Positions 55,363-64,000 of a DNA stretch of 64,000 nt are shown here, piece by piece (position 1 is the stretch's first letter; the number at the start of each line of letters is the position of its first letter). Position numbers and translations under genes: made by a program. The notes under the pieces are model-generated. The model was not told where the DNA came from. It saw only the letters and a program-made list of their open reading frames with translations, and did no database searches. Origin of the DNA: Spirochaetia bacterium (GTDB taxonomy: Bacteria; Spirochaetota; Spirochaetia; DSM-2461); assembly GCA_963668315.1 (NCBI GenBank), contig OY764216.1, positions 3,168,001 through 3,232,000 of the forward strand, written 5' to 3'.

Positions 55363-56650
55363 TCAGGGCGGCCTGTTCCGTATACCATTCGACAAGACCG
55401 GGAAAATCCCCGGGAGGACTGAGAATCGGCGACATCCCGATAATCTGCATGTGGTCCATGGGATACAGCTCTCCCCGGTAATTCCACACTCCTTTGGGAG
55501 GCGTCCCCAGGCCGTTCCAGTTTTTAATCACATCCCGGCTGTTGAGAGTAGGCCCTTTCATCGATCGTGTGTTGGCCGCTCCGTCATTGGGAAGCCATGT
55601 TTCGTCGATCTGTATCAGGGAAGAGCGGTAGCCTGTATAATGGCTTAGTATATCGCTGAGGGGGATAAGGGGGAGGCTTATGAGAGGATTGGGACGGTTC
55701 TCTCCCCGTCCGTTCTCATAGGTAATACGCGTTCCCCAGGAGAAGTAATATATGCCGGGCCGGGCTTCGACCCATCCGTTTGTCTCCCAGGCCCCTTCCG
55801 GCGCCAGATCAAAATCGGCGAAATCCTTGTTTGTCCATTCCCAGTCCCTTCGGGAGAGGAACTCCTTGATTCTCATCTCATATTGGAGGGAATCCTCCCC
55901 ATCCCTTTTCTGCGTCCATTCCCACTGATCGAGATTCATATCATTATGAATCAGAAAGTCATCGTCCCACTTAATGAGAAAGTCCACCGCCAGACTTGAA
56001 ATGAGATCGCGCTGACGGTAGCTGGTCATCTCGTATGTCAGGGTAGAGCCGTCATGGGGGGTCGATAAGGTCGTTATCGACTTGATCCACTCCTTTTTCC
56101 CATTGAACAGGGGACTGACCTCTTCTCCCGAAGCGTTTCTCTCCTCCTCACTGCCTTCTGAAAGCAGCTGGGCAACCATGCGGGCGGTTGTCCCTCCCAT
56201 GCTGTGGGCAATGATGTGAATTCTGCGGATCTCTCCGGTCGCCGGATCGATGGTCCCCCATTCGGGATAGATCCCCTCATAGGTTCTTCCGTAGCGGCTG
56301 TGTTCTGCTTTAAGGCTGTGCTCTTCCCCGTAATCAACCGTACCCCCCTTAAGGTAGGCGAAAAACTCGCAGCTCCTGTCCCAGTTGCTGCTCAGGGGAC
56401 CCACGCTGGCTGTACGGACATCATATCCGGCGTAACGTAGTTCCGCTTCAAGATTCGTACGGCCGCCCCAATACCAGAAATTGTCATAATTATCCTTGGC
56501 GAAACCGTTAAGGCCGTGCAGGAGGATAATCGGTTCACTGTTTTTCCATTCAAAAGAGGCGGGATGGGGATTTTCCGGTTCAGTTGTGGAACAGGATATG
56601 ACAGTTGCTGTTATCAAAGCGAGGTAGAAGGTCTTGAGAGTATTCTGCAT
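55346..56650 (-). CDS. Lipase (family I.5/I.6-like), probable lipoprotein
   Basis: LLHG, YWGG, VGPLSSNWDR, AHSMGG, STPHDG, NDG, DH; signal ending VIS-C. Confidence 0.9.
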   Translation of the reverse strand: MQNTLKTFYLALITATVISCSTTEPENPHPASFEWKNSEPIILLHGLNGFAKDNYDNFWYWGGRTNLEAELRYAGYDVRTASVGPLSSNWDRSCEFFAYLKGGTVDYGEEHSLKAEHSRYGRTYEGIYPEWGTIDPATGEIRRIHIIAHSMGGTTARMVAQLLSEGSEEERNASGEEVSPLFNGKKEWIKSITTLSTPHDGSTLTYEMTSYRQRDLISSLAVDFLIKWDDDFLIHNDMNLDQWEWTQKRDGEDSLQYEMRIKEFLSRRDWEWTNKDFADFDLAPEGAWETNGWVEARPGIYYFSWGTRITYENGRGENRPNPLISLPLIPLSDILSHYTGYRSSLIQIDETWLPNDGAANTRSMKGPTLNSRDVIKNWNGLGTPPKGVWNYRGELYPMDHMQIIGMSPILSPPGDFPGLVEWYTEQAALISGLP

Positions 56651-56751
56651 GGCCCTATGATATCCGTATCGCCGGTATTTTTCCAGCAAACGATTGATAA
56701 AATCCTCAAATAGCTCTATTTTAAAGGGAACTGTGATCTAAGGAGCCCCAT

Positions 56752-58692
56752 GTGAATCGTATTTTCCAGAGAAAAAATCTTTCCCTTGCCTTACCTGTTT
56801 TCGGGGAGATTCTGTTTCTCATCCTCTCTTTGGTTTTCATGCCCCCCTACGCCTGGAAGACCGGAGCGGGCATTATTTCTGTTGTCGCCCGGCTGCTCAT
56901 CATTGCGGCGCTCCTGGGGGGGATTCTGAGGTTTACCAATGAAAAAAAACGTCCCGATTCACGATTTTATGATAACTGGCGTCTCTTCACAGGTTATGTC
57001 ATCATTCTTACCTACGTATTTACCATCCTTCCCCAGGTCGTTGTGGAATTCCATCATGTGGAAGGCCTCGGCGGCTTCTATACGGTATGGACGGTACTGA
57101 CCTCCCTGTGGCCGGCTCTCCTCTGGATTCTCATGGGACGGGACGCCTATTGCCTTGCCTGGGGATATTCCGAGAAAGAACTCAGGGAAAGAAAGGAGAT
57201 TCATAAGGATAAGCAGAAGAAAAAGGCGTGGCAGAAGGAGAAGAAAGCTCAGAGGAACATCTGGGGGAATCTATGGGCCGAGTGGGTGGAACCTCTGGTC
57301 GGCGCCGTCTGCTGGGTACTGGTTATCAATCATTTCATTTTTCAGCTCTACCAGATCCCTTCTGAGTCCCTCTTTCCCACTTTCCAGGTGGGAGACCGTG
57401 TTCTGGTGGAAAAGCTGCGCTATGCCCCTAATGTCCCTTTGACGAAGTATAAACTCCCCCGGGTCGCTAAACCGAAAATCGGGGAAATTATCATTTTCAC
57501 GAACCCCAAGATGGAAGATCCCGAATCGGATTATTACTATAATTCCGTATTTTCCCGGGTGTTCAAAACCTTTGTCTATATGATTACCCTGACTAATGTG
57601 GATATCGACCGAATGCCCGACGGCTCCCAGAAGGAGAGTATGCTGGTCAAGCGTTATATCGCGGGGGAGGGGGAGAAGGTCTGCCTTCTGAACGACCGGG
57701 TCTATAAGAAAACGGCCGACTCCGGCTGGGTGGCCATGGAGGATATGGAAGGATTGAGGGAATTCGGCAAAGTGGGGCTGTTCCTTACCGATGAACCGAA
57801 ACTGCAGAGACAGTTCGAGACCAAGGACACAAGAGAGCTTTATCTTGCCGCGGCCGACAGGGTTGAGACCTGGTCTCTCGATAGCCTTCAGAGGTTATAC
57901 CACAAGGAGAGGGCAGATTTCCTGAACAATTATGAAGGGGGCAACGGCACGGATTTTCTCGGGAAGACCGGTAATTATCTGGCCAACAGGGATCCCCTGT
58001 CGGTGAAGCAGAACTTATACAACTTTTCCACCTTTCTTTATAACCGTTCAAGGCTGATGAATCTTTCCGCCCAGGATAGAGACTATCTTTATACCAATTG
58101 GCGGATTCTCATTCAGAACTACGGGTCCACGGTTCTTTACGACGAGATTTCCGATCTGTCCGCGTTTCTTGAGAAGGAGGGGGAGCATCCCGGCTACCTG
58201 GAAGAGCAGCTGGATTATGAAGGATCTCTTTCATCCGATCCCTCTCCCTATGAAGACTTTATGGTCCGCCTGAATCTGCTCTACAAGTGTCTGCGCCTCT
58301 CGCTCTATAACGAGCTTGCCGAGGGGACTCTGAATCTGGATAATCCCGACCTCGCTTCCGATACCCTCAAGGGTCTGACGGAGATTGCCGTGTATACCAA
58401 GGGAATTGGAATTTTCACACCCTTTGACGAGGCCAATTTTCCCGAATATCCCGCCGAAGCGGGGAACTACATCCCCGAGGACGAGTTTTTTGTCCTCGGA
58501 GACAACCGCTATGACTCTCTCGATTCCCGTCTGGGAGGGGATTATGTCTTTTTCTCCGTCGATCCTCTGGACCAGGGAGATTTTGCCTGTACCGCCGGTG
58601 AAAGCTGGGAGCCCCATACCATTCCCCTGAATCTTGTACACGGACGCTTGAGGATTCTCCTCTTTCCCTTCGGAAGGATGAAGATCTTCTAG
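56752..58692 (+). CDS. lepB: Signal peptidase I, large form with extra TM helices and an insertion
   Basis: IPSESLFPT (catalytic Ser), VKR (catalytic Lys), GDNRYDSLDSR. Confidence 0.88.
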   Translation: MNRIFQRKNLSLALPVFGEILFLILSLVFMPPYAWKTGAGIISVVARLLIIAALLGGILRFTNEKKRPDSRFYDNWRLFTGYVIILTYVFTILPQVVVEFHHVEGLGGFYTVWTVLTSLWPALLWILMGRDAYCLAWGYSEKELRERKEIHKDKQKKKAWQKEKKAQRNIWGNLWAEWVEPLVGAVCWVLVINHFIFQLYQIPSESLFPTFQVGDRVLVEKLRYAPNVPLTKYKLPRVAKPKIGEIIIFTNPKMEDPESDYYYNSVFSRVFKTFVYMITLTNVDIDRMPDGSQKESMLVKRYIAGEGEKVCLLNDRVYKKTADSGWVAMEDMEGLREFGKVGLFLTDEPKLQRQFETKDTRELYLAAADRVETWSLDSLQRLYHKERADFLNNYEGGNGTDFLGKTGNYLANRDPLSVKQNLYNFSTFLYNRSRLMNLSAQDRDYLYTNWRILIQNYGSTVLYDEISDLSAFLEKEGEHPGYLEEQLDYEGSLSSDPSPYEDFMVRLNLLYKCLRLSLYNELAEGTLNLDNPDLASDTLKGLTEIAVYTKGIGIFTPFDEANFPEYPAEAGNYIPEDEFFVLGDNRYDSLDSRLGGDYVFFSVDPLDQGDFACTAGESWEPHTIPLNLVHGRLRILLFPFGRMKIF

Positions 58693-58701
58693 CAAAAGCA
58701 T

Positions 58702-58730
58702 CAACCGGGAACGTGAAATGCTCCCGGTTG
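58702..58730. terminator. Hairpin between convergent genes
   Basis: CAACCGGGA...TCCCGGTTG 9-bp stem. Confidence 0.55.
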
Positions 58731-58741
58731 GCAAAATCCCT

Positions 58742-59875
58742 TTAGAGGGGGGTCAGATCAAATCCGGTCAGTTTTCCCGAAAGCCATGCAGGGATTTCGG
58801 GAAGAAGGGAGTTGTAGTACTCTATGACGGAGGAAAAGCTTCCTGTAAAATGACAGGCCGTTCCCGCCGCCAGCGTAGCGGTTCCGGCGGTGATCAGTTT
58901 TTTTCCCGTATCGTTGTGTTCCAGACAGAAATTTATCATATCGAGAACCGCGCCATAGAGATCGGCGGTCGAGGCGGAATATTTTTCTTCGATCATGCTT
59001 TTCAGTTGAAGGTAAACCGGGGAATGGGCGTCATCCTTTAGAGACAGTTCCTCAAGAAGAGTCAGAAGGGCTGGGAAAAGTTCCGCCGGATTGTTCCTGT
59101 CCTTGAAAAGGCTGTAGAACTCGGCCGCAGAGGAGCAGACATTCCTGAGAATCTGGAATTCGGAGGAATCTTTCCATAGTTTCAACTGCTTTTCCATGGC
59201 CTTCGATCCCGCCAGGAAGAGGACTTTTCCCGGAATGGTTATCCAGGGACGGGTTCCGAATCGTGCCGCTGTGGCTCCCGCCGCTGTGGCCGCACTGAAT
59301 CCGACGTACCATCGGACGGAACTCCATGTAAAGTCCTTTTCAAAGGCTCCCTTCGTAAGGGCCGTTTCCCCGGGGATAAGGCTCAGGGTAATGTTCTCCA
59401 CGCCGCCTATGGAATCGATGTAGCCTCTGACATCCGCCGATGAGCTCCCGATAAAGGCACTTATCTCTTCCCGGTATTCACGGGAAAGATCCGGTGATAG
59501 GGCCTCCATCCTTTCAATTACCCTTCCCACCGTCGCCCCGGTGTACATCGCTTCTATCAGGGCCATCTGCTCCTCTCCCTGCTCCTCTTCTTCGGAGACA
59601 AGCTTCAGGTAGGATTCGGGGGCTTCCAGAAAAGACTGTACTTGAGAGGCCGATTCTCCGCTGCCCATAAGTTCATCCTCTGCCGGTAACCCTTCCAGTC
59701 CCTCTAGCAGACCTGCCTCTTGCAGGTTTCTCACCGAGAGACTGATTTCCTCAAGGGGAGTCGATGGGAGAGAGGAATCATTTCCCCCCTGCATCGAGCA
59801 TGAGCTGATGAGAACAATCATCAGTAGCGCCAACGTGTTTGCCGGGAACGTTAAACCCGATTTTTTCTTGAACAT
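58742..59875 (-). CDS. Hypothetical lipoprotein
   Basis: RBS AAGGAG; lipobox ISS-C; Gly/Ala-rich hydrophobic helices. Confidence 0.72.
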   Translation of the reverse strand: MFKKKSGLTFPANTLALLMIVLISSCSMQGGNDSSLPSTPLEEISLSVRNLQEAGLLEGLEGLPAEDELMGSGESASQVQSFLEAPESYLKLVSEEEEQGEEQMALIEAMYTGATVGRVIERMEALSPDLSREYREEISAFIGSSSADVRGYIDSIGGVENITLSLIPGETALTKGAFEKDFTWSSVRWYVGFSAATAAGATAARFGTRPWITIPGKVLFLAGSKAMEKQLKLWKDSSEFQILRNVCSSAAEFYSLFKDRNNPAELFPALLTLLEELSLKDDAHSPVYLQLKSMIEEKYSASTADLYGAVLDMINFCLEHNDTGKKLITAGTATLAAGTACHFTGSFSSVIEYYNSLLPEIPAWLSGKLTGFDLTPL

Positions 59876-60032
59876 ATATTACTCCTTGCCGGAAGGGAGG
59901 GGGATTTTTTCCCCTTTTCTCAGAAAGAAGAGGATCGGTGGAAAATCGCTGCCCGAATCACGCTGTGTTGACATCCCGGAGGAATCATTCCAATATAGAA
60001 GGGATTAAGAAAAAGGACAGGGGAGGAATACT

Positions 60033-61019
60033 ATGAGAAAAATTCGCTGGGGACTTATCGGCTGCGGAGACATCTCCCGTAAACGGGTCGCCCCTGCTCT
60101 GCGAGATCTGGACTGCTGTGATTTTCAGGCTGTGGCCAGAGCGGACAGTGACAGGGCCGCGTCCTTCGCCCGGGAATTCGGGGCGGCGAAATGGTTCGGT
60201 TCCTGGAGGGAGCTCATCGGAGACAGGGATATTGATGCGGTCTATATTGCCACCCCCGTATCACTTCATAGCGAGCAGACAATCGCCTCCGCCATGGCAG
60301 GAAAGCATGTCCTCTGCGAAAAGCCGATGGGCCTGAACGTCAAAGAGTGCGACTCCATGATTCAAGCCTGCGACAACCATCATGTTTCTCTGGGACTGGC
60401 CTATTACCGCCATTTTTATCCTTTGGTTAAACGGGTGAAGGAGATCATGGCGGCAAAGGAGATAGGGGAGCCTTGTATGGCTGATATACAGGCCTTTGAA
60501 TGGTTTGACAGAAAACCGGGTGATCCCAGGGCCTGGCTGCTGGAGAAGGAGAAATCCGGGGGAGGTCCCATGATGGATTTCGGATGCCACAGGATTGAAG
60601 TTCTGCAAAATCTGTTCGGTCCCGTCCGTGATATACAGGCGGGTTTATTCAATCTTGCCCTAAAAGAACGGGATGTGGAAGATACGGCGGTTGTTTCCCT
60701 TCTTTTTGAATCTTCCGTTCAGGCCAGCCTCCGGGTCACCCATGCGTCTTTTGAATCCAGGGATACCCTGGATATATTCGGCACAAAGGGAAGTCTGCAT
60801 ATCCCCGTTTTGAATGGAGATACTTTGATCATAAAAACGAATGGGGGAGAAAGGATTGAGAAAATTCCGCCCCATGAAAATGTTCATCTTCCTCTGATTG
60901 AAGATTTTACCCATGCCCTGCTGGAGAAAAGAAAGCCCCTTGTGGACGGTTTGATCGGAAGAGAAGTCAGCCTTGTTCTGGACAGGATATACGGGAGGCC
61001 GGAAATTGATAAAACCTGA
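60033..61019 (+). CDS. Gfo/Idh/MocA-family oxidoreductase
   Basis: WGLIGCG, GKHVLCEKP, GGGPMMDFGCH. Confidence 0.92.
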   Translation: MRKIRWGLIGCGDISRKRVAPALRDLDCCDFQAVARADSDRAASFAREFGAAKWFGSWRELIGDRDIDAVYIATPVSLHSEQTIASAMAGKHVLCEKPMGLNVKECDSMIQACDNHHVSLGLAYYRHFYPLVKRVKEIMAAKEIGEPCMADIQAFEWFDRKPGDPRAWLLEKEKSGGGPMMDFGCHRIEVLQNLFGPVRDIQAGLFNLALKERDVEDTAVVSLLFESSVQASLRVTHASFESRDTLDIFGTKGSLHIPVLNGDTLIIKTNGGERIEKIPPHENVHLPLIEDFTHALLEKRKPLVDGLIGREVSLVLDRIYGRPEIDKT

Positions 61020-62037
61020 AACTCTGAAGCCCGGTGACCCTGTTGCCGTGCTGTCCCCTTCCTGGGGAGGACCTTCCGTGGCGCCCCATATCTATGAATC
61101 GGGGCTGAACACCCTGCGGGAGCTGGGGTTGAAGCCGGTCGAATTTCCCACTGCCCGTATGGATGCGGATGAATTATATAGGCATCCGGAATTAAGGGCC
61201 GAAGATATTAATAATGCCTTTGCCGATGAAAAAGTAAAGGGAATCATCTCTACGATTGGAGGGAGTGATTCCGTCCGAATCCTGAAATATCTTGATAGGG
61301 ACATAATCAGGAATAATCCGAAATTTCTCATGGGATACTCCGATTTCACCACGATTACCACCTTCGTCAATCAGTTGGGACTGGTAGCATTCAACGGTCC
61401 GTCGGTCATGGCGGGATTTTCCCAGTGGGAAAGTTTCACACCCGCCTATCGGAACTATCTGAAGACTTTTCTGTTCAATCCCCCGGAAGAGGGAACTCTT
61501 CCCGTCTTCTCCGCCTATTCCGACGGATACCCCGAATGGTCCGACCGGGCCAATACGGGGAAGCTTAATCCCCTGCGCGATTCGGACGGCCTCCATTTTC
61601 TACAGGGAAAGCATTCGGTCCGCGGCAGCCTGTTCGGCGGCTGCATCGAGGTGATGGATATGCTCAAGGGCACGGATTTCTGGCCGGAGAGTAAGTTCTG
61701 GGACGGGCGGATTCTCTTCCTGGAAACCTCCGAGGATAAGCCATCGGTGGATTACGTGACCTACTCCCTGCGGAATTACGGGGTGATGGGGGTGTTCGAC
61801 CGGATCGAAGGGCTTCTCATCGGAAGAGCCAGGGACTACAGCGATAAGGAAAAAATCAGCCTGGAAAGAGCCGTCTGTGAGGTGGTGGGAGAGGAGTTCG
61901 GCCGGAGTGATCTTCCCATTGTCGCCAATGTCGATTTCGGCCATACGGACCCCCAGGTTATCCTCCCTCTGGGGATCGATTTCGAGATCGATGTGATGGG
62001 GGAGAAAATTCTTCAGAAAGAGAGGGCCTTTTCCTGA
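61006..62037 (+). CDS. S66 LD-carboxypeptidase / MccF-like peptidase
   Basis: VLSPS, IGG.DS, GYSDFT, FLETSE, FGHTDP; TTG start after GGGAGG. Confidence 0.9.
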   Translation: MIKPETLKPGDPVAVLSPSWGGPSVAPHIYESGLNTLRELGLKPVEFPTARMDADELYRHPELRAEDINNAFADEKVKGIISTIGGSDSVRILKYLDRDIIRNNPKFLMGYSDFTTITTFVNQLGLVAFNGPSVMAGFSQWESFTPAYRNYLKTFLFNPPEEGTLPVFSAYSDGYPEWSDRANTGKLNPLRDSDGLHFLQGKHSVRGSLFGGCIEVMDMLKGTDFWPESKFWDGRILFLETSEDKPSVDYVTYSLRNYGVMGVFDRIEGLLIGRARDYSDKEKISLERAVCEVVGEEFGRSDLPIVANVDFGHTDPQVILPLGIDFEIDVMGEKILQKERAFS

Positions 62038-62080
62038 GGGGACCTAGGCAACGCATATCGGTCTGGATATAATAGCTGCC

Positions 62081-62692
62081 ATGTTGAAGCTTTTAATGCC
62101 CATCCTTCTGGTTATCGCCAATATTCTTGGATGGGTTATGATTATTCCCCAGCTCCGCAAACTCTACAAAAGCGGCAGCACCGAGGGGCTTTCCGCCCAG
62201 TGGATGGGAGTCGCTCTGGCCATGAACCTGGGATGGATAAGCTACGGAGCCGCCCTGGGGCTCTGGGGTATCGTTCCCGTTTCTGTCATCGCCCTGTTTC
62301 TTTACGGACTGATGGCGGTGCATTTCTGCCGGATAGATCGGGGCTCCTCCCTTTTTCTTCTGGCCGCGGGTTTTTTCGTTCCCTTTCTTCTGGTCCTGGC
62401 TGCTCTGACCTTTACCGACTGGAAAGGGGTGGGACTTTTTCTGGGCTTCGGTTACGCCGTCCAGTTCGCCCCCGCCACCTGGTCCGCCGTCAGTTCACCC
62501 CGGCCCGAGGGAGTGTCCATGCTCACATGGTGTTTCGCCCTGGCGGAGGGAATAATCTGGTTCCTCTACGGAATGAGCCAGAACGATACGGCCCTTGTCA
62601 TCGGCGGGGGAGGGGGCATGCTCATGTCGGCGGTCATAGTTCTGAGGATGCTGTTCTTCTTCAGCGGAAAAAGAAAAGTCCGGACGGTTTAA
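62081..62692 (+). CDS. PQ-loop / SWEET-like 7-TM membrane protein
   Basis: IIPQL...STEGLS and a second repeat FAPA...PEGVS...W..YG; about seven hydrophobic helices. Confidence 0.72.
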   Translation: MLKLLMPILLVIANILGWVMIIPQLRKLYKSGSTEGLSAQWMGVALAMNLGWISYGAALGLWGIVPVSVIALFLYGLMAVHFCRIDRGSSLFLLAAGFFVPFLLVLAALTFTDWKGVGLFLGFGYAVQFAPATWSAVSSPRPEGVSMLTWCFALAEGIIWFLYGMSQNDTALVIGGGGGMLMSAVIVLRMLFFFSGKRKVRTV

Positions 62693-64000
62693 TCCTGATC
62701 CTTTCCCGCCAGAAAATCTTCATAGCTGATAAGGGGGATTCCGTTTTTCCGGGCCTTCTGCAGCTTGCTGCTGGTGCCTTCCGGATCGTCGCAGACCAGG
62801 AGTACGGTGGATTTGGTTACGGCCGATCCCACCGTATAGCCCCGGGATTCGGCGAGGGAGGTCAGCTCTTTCCGGCCCAGGGGACCTTTGCCCGTCATAC
62901 AGACCTCTCCCTTCTCTCCTCCTTCCGCTTCTTCTATCTCAATAACCTGCAGAAGTTCCTCAAGAAACTCTTCGTTTTCCCTGTCATCCCGCCAGGCGAT
63001 GATATTCTGGCCGATGATATAGGTATCGTCTGAAAAGTTCCGGAAATCCTCCAGGGACTCTATTCCCAGCTTTTTCAGCGCCTTCTGCTGGACCAGGGGG
63101 ATGCCCAGTTTTCCGATCAGCTCCTGGGCGGTCATATGCTTTTTCGCCGCCGCCTGGGCGAGAAAATTGGAGATCTTTTTCTCTCCGAAACCCTCGAGAT
63201 CGGTGAAATCCCCTTCCGCCATCGTATAGAGATCCCTGATGGAGGTTACCTTCTGCTCCTTGAAAAGCTGCCTGATCGTTCCCTCGGCTATCTGTTCCAT
63301 GTCGCTCTGCCTTACCCAGTAAAGAATGGACTGAATCCTCCTTTCCGGGCAGGAGCGGTTGGTGCAGTGCAGATGGACGCCCCGGTCTTCCAGGGGAGAA
63401 TCGCAGACGGGACAGCGCCGGGGAACAAGAATGTCGATAAAGGAATCCCTTCTCCTGTCTTTGTTGGAGAGATTGGCCCGCACATAGGGAATCACGTCAT
63501 TGGCTCTCTCTATGATAAGCCGATCCCCTCCGACCAGCATCAGATCCCTGACGAACTGGGCGTTATGGAGTGTGGCCCTTTCCAGAGTGGCCCCGCCCAG
63601 TTCAATCGGCTCAAAACAGGCCACGGGAATCAGGTTTCCCTGGCGGCTTATCTGCCACTCTATGCTCTTAAGGGTGGTCTCTTTCCCTGCGGCGGGGGGC
63701 TTGAGGGCGATGGCGTAATGGTGATGGTGGTCCACTACCCAGCGGCTGTCTATCCCGTCGTGGAGGGAATTGTCATCTATGGTCAGAATCAGGCCGTCCG
63801 TCTCGTAAAGCCAGCGATCCCTGTCTTTCTCCAGATAGTCCCTGTAGGCCTGTTCCACATCGCCGTAGGTCACCCGGTGAAATTCAACGGCATGGAATCC
63901 CTCCCTCGCGAGAAGGGCGATTTTATCCGACTCCCTGCCGGGAAGGACCGAAGGGTCGTCGGAAACAATCTGGTAGCAGACAAAACGGACGTAGCGCAGA
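62689..64000 (-). CDS. NAD-dependent DNA ligase (LigA-like); 5' end lies outside the window
   Basis: The frame is open to the window edge. TDGLI, IALK, OB fold with ATLHN, CPVC...C...C zinc finger, HhH, C-terminal BRCT (SSKLQKA). Confidence 0.9.
   Translation of the reverse strand, partial: LRYVRFVCYQIVSDDPSVLPGRESDKIALLAREGFHAVEFHRVTYGDVEQAYRDYLEKDRDRWLYETDGLILTIDDNSLHDGIDSRWVVDHHHHYAIALKPPAAGKETTLKSIEWQISRQGNLIPVACFEPIELGGATLERATLHNAQFVRDLMLVGGDRLIIERANDVIPYVRANLSNKDRRRDSFIDILVPRRCPVCDSPLEDRGVHLHCTNRSCPERRIQSILYWVRQSDMEQIAEGTIRQLFKEQKVTSIRDLYTMAEGDFTDLEGFGEKKISNFLAQAAAKKHMTAQELIGKLGIPLVQQKALKKLGIESLEDFRNFSDDTYIIGQNIIAWRDDRENEEFLEELLQVIEIEEAEGGEKGEVCMTGKGPLGRKELTSLAESRGYTVGSAVTKSTVLLVCDDPEGTSSKLQKARKNGIPLISYEDFLAGKDQD

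Noticed and set aside
1..64000. CRISPR arrays, transposases, integrases, prophage genes, rRNA
   Set aside because: No repeat-spacer periodicity or corresponding protein or RNA motifs were seen, including next to the tRNAs.

Overview
GC-rich bacterial chromosome segment, probably from an anaerobic free-living spirochaete. This assignment is inferred from the lipoprotein-rich content, the large LepB, a PrcB-domain protein and a Flavo-1-like element. The window holds about 55 CDS and two tRNAs. No CRISPR array, IS element or prophage was seen. Main blocks, in order: (i) a truncated Fe-S flavoprotein plus hypA; (ii) a secreted protein / outer-membrane barrel / FecR / lipoprotein / CHASE2 adenylate cyclase cluster; (iii) hydrolases and a membrane LuxR regulator; (iv) the gatC-gatA-gatB-aspS(ND) indirect Asn-tRNA operon; (v) argF, a Trk/Ktr pair, cmoB, tRNA-Asp and tRNA-Pro; (vi) nlpD-like / rpoS-like / GAF / HEAT genes; (vii) a 16.5-kb anaerobic purine/urate catabolic cluster (ygfK, ygeY, carbamate kinase, ygeW, two PLP enzymes in place of dpaL, hydantoinase, ssnA, XDH-family subunits, guaD); (viii) a small alarmone synthetase; (ix) housekeeping genes (typA, aroB, lepB, ligA-like). 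The most striking observation is in gatC. It carries 12 Asn codons within 15 codons, and the 5' leader of the same operon contains a perfect 16-nt complement of that tract. This suggests an uncharacterised ribosome-occupancy RNA switch that senses Asn-tRNA(Asn), the product of the operon.
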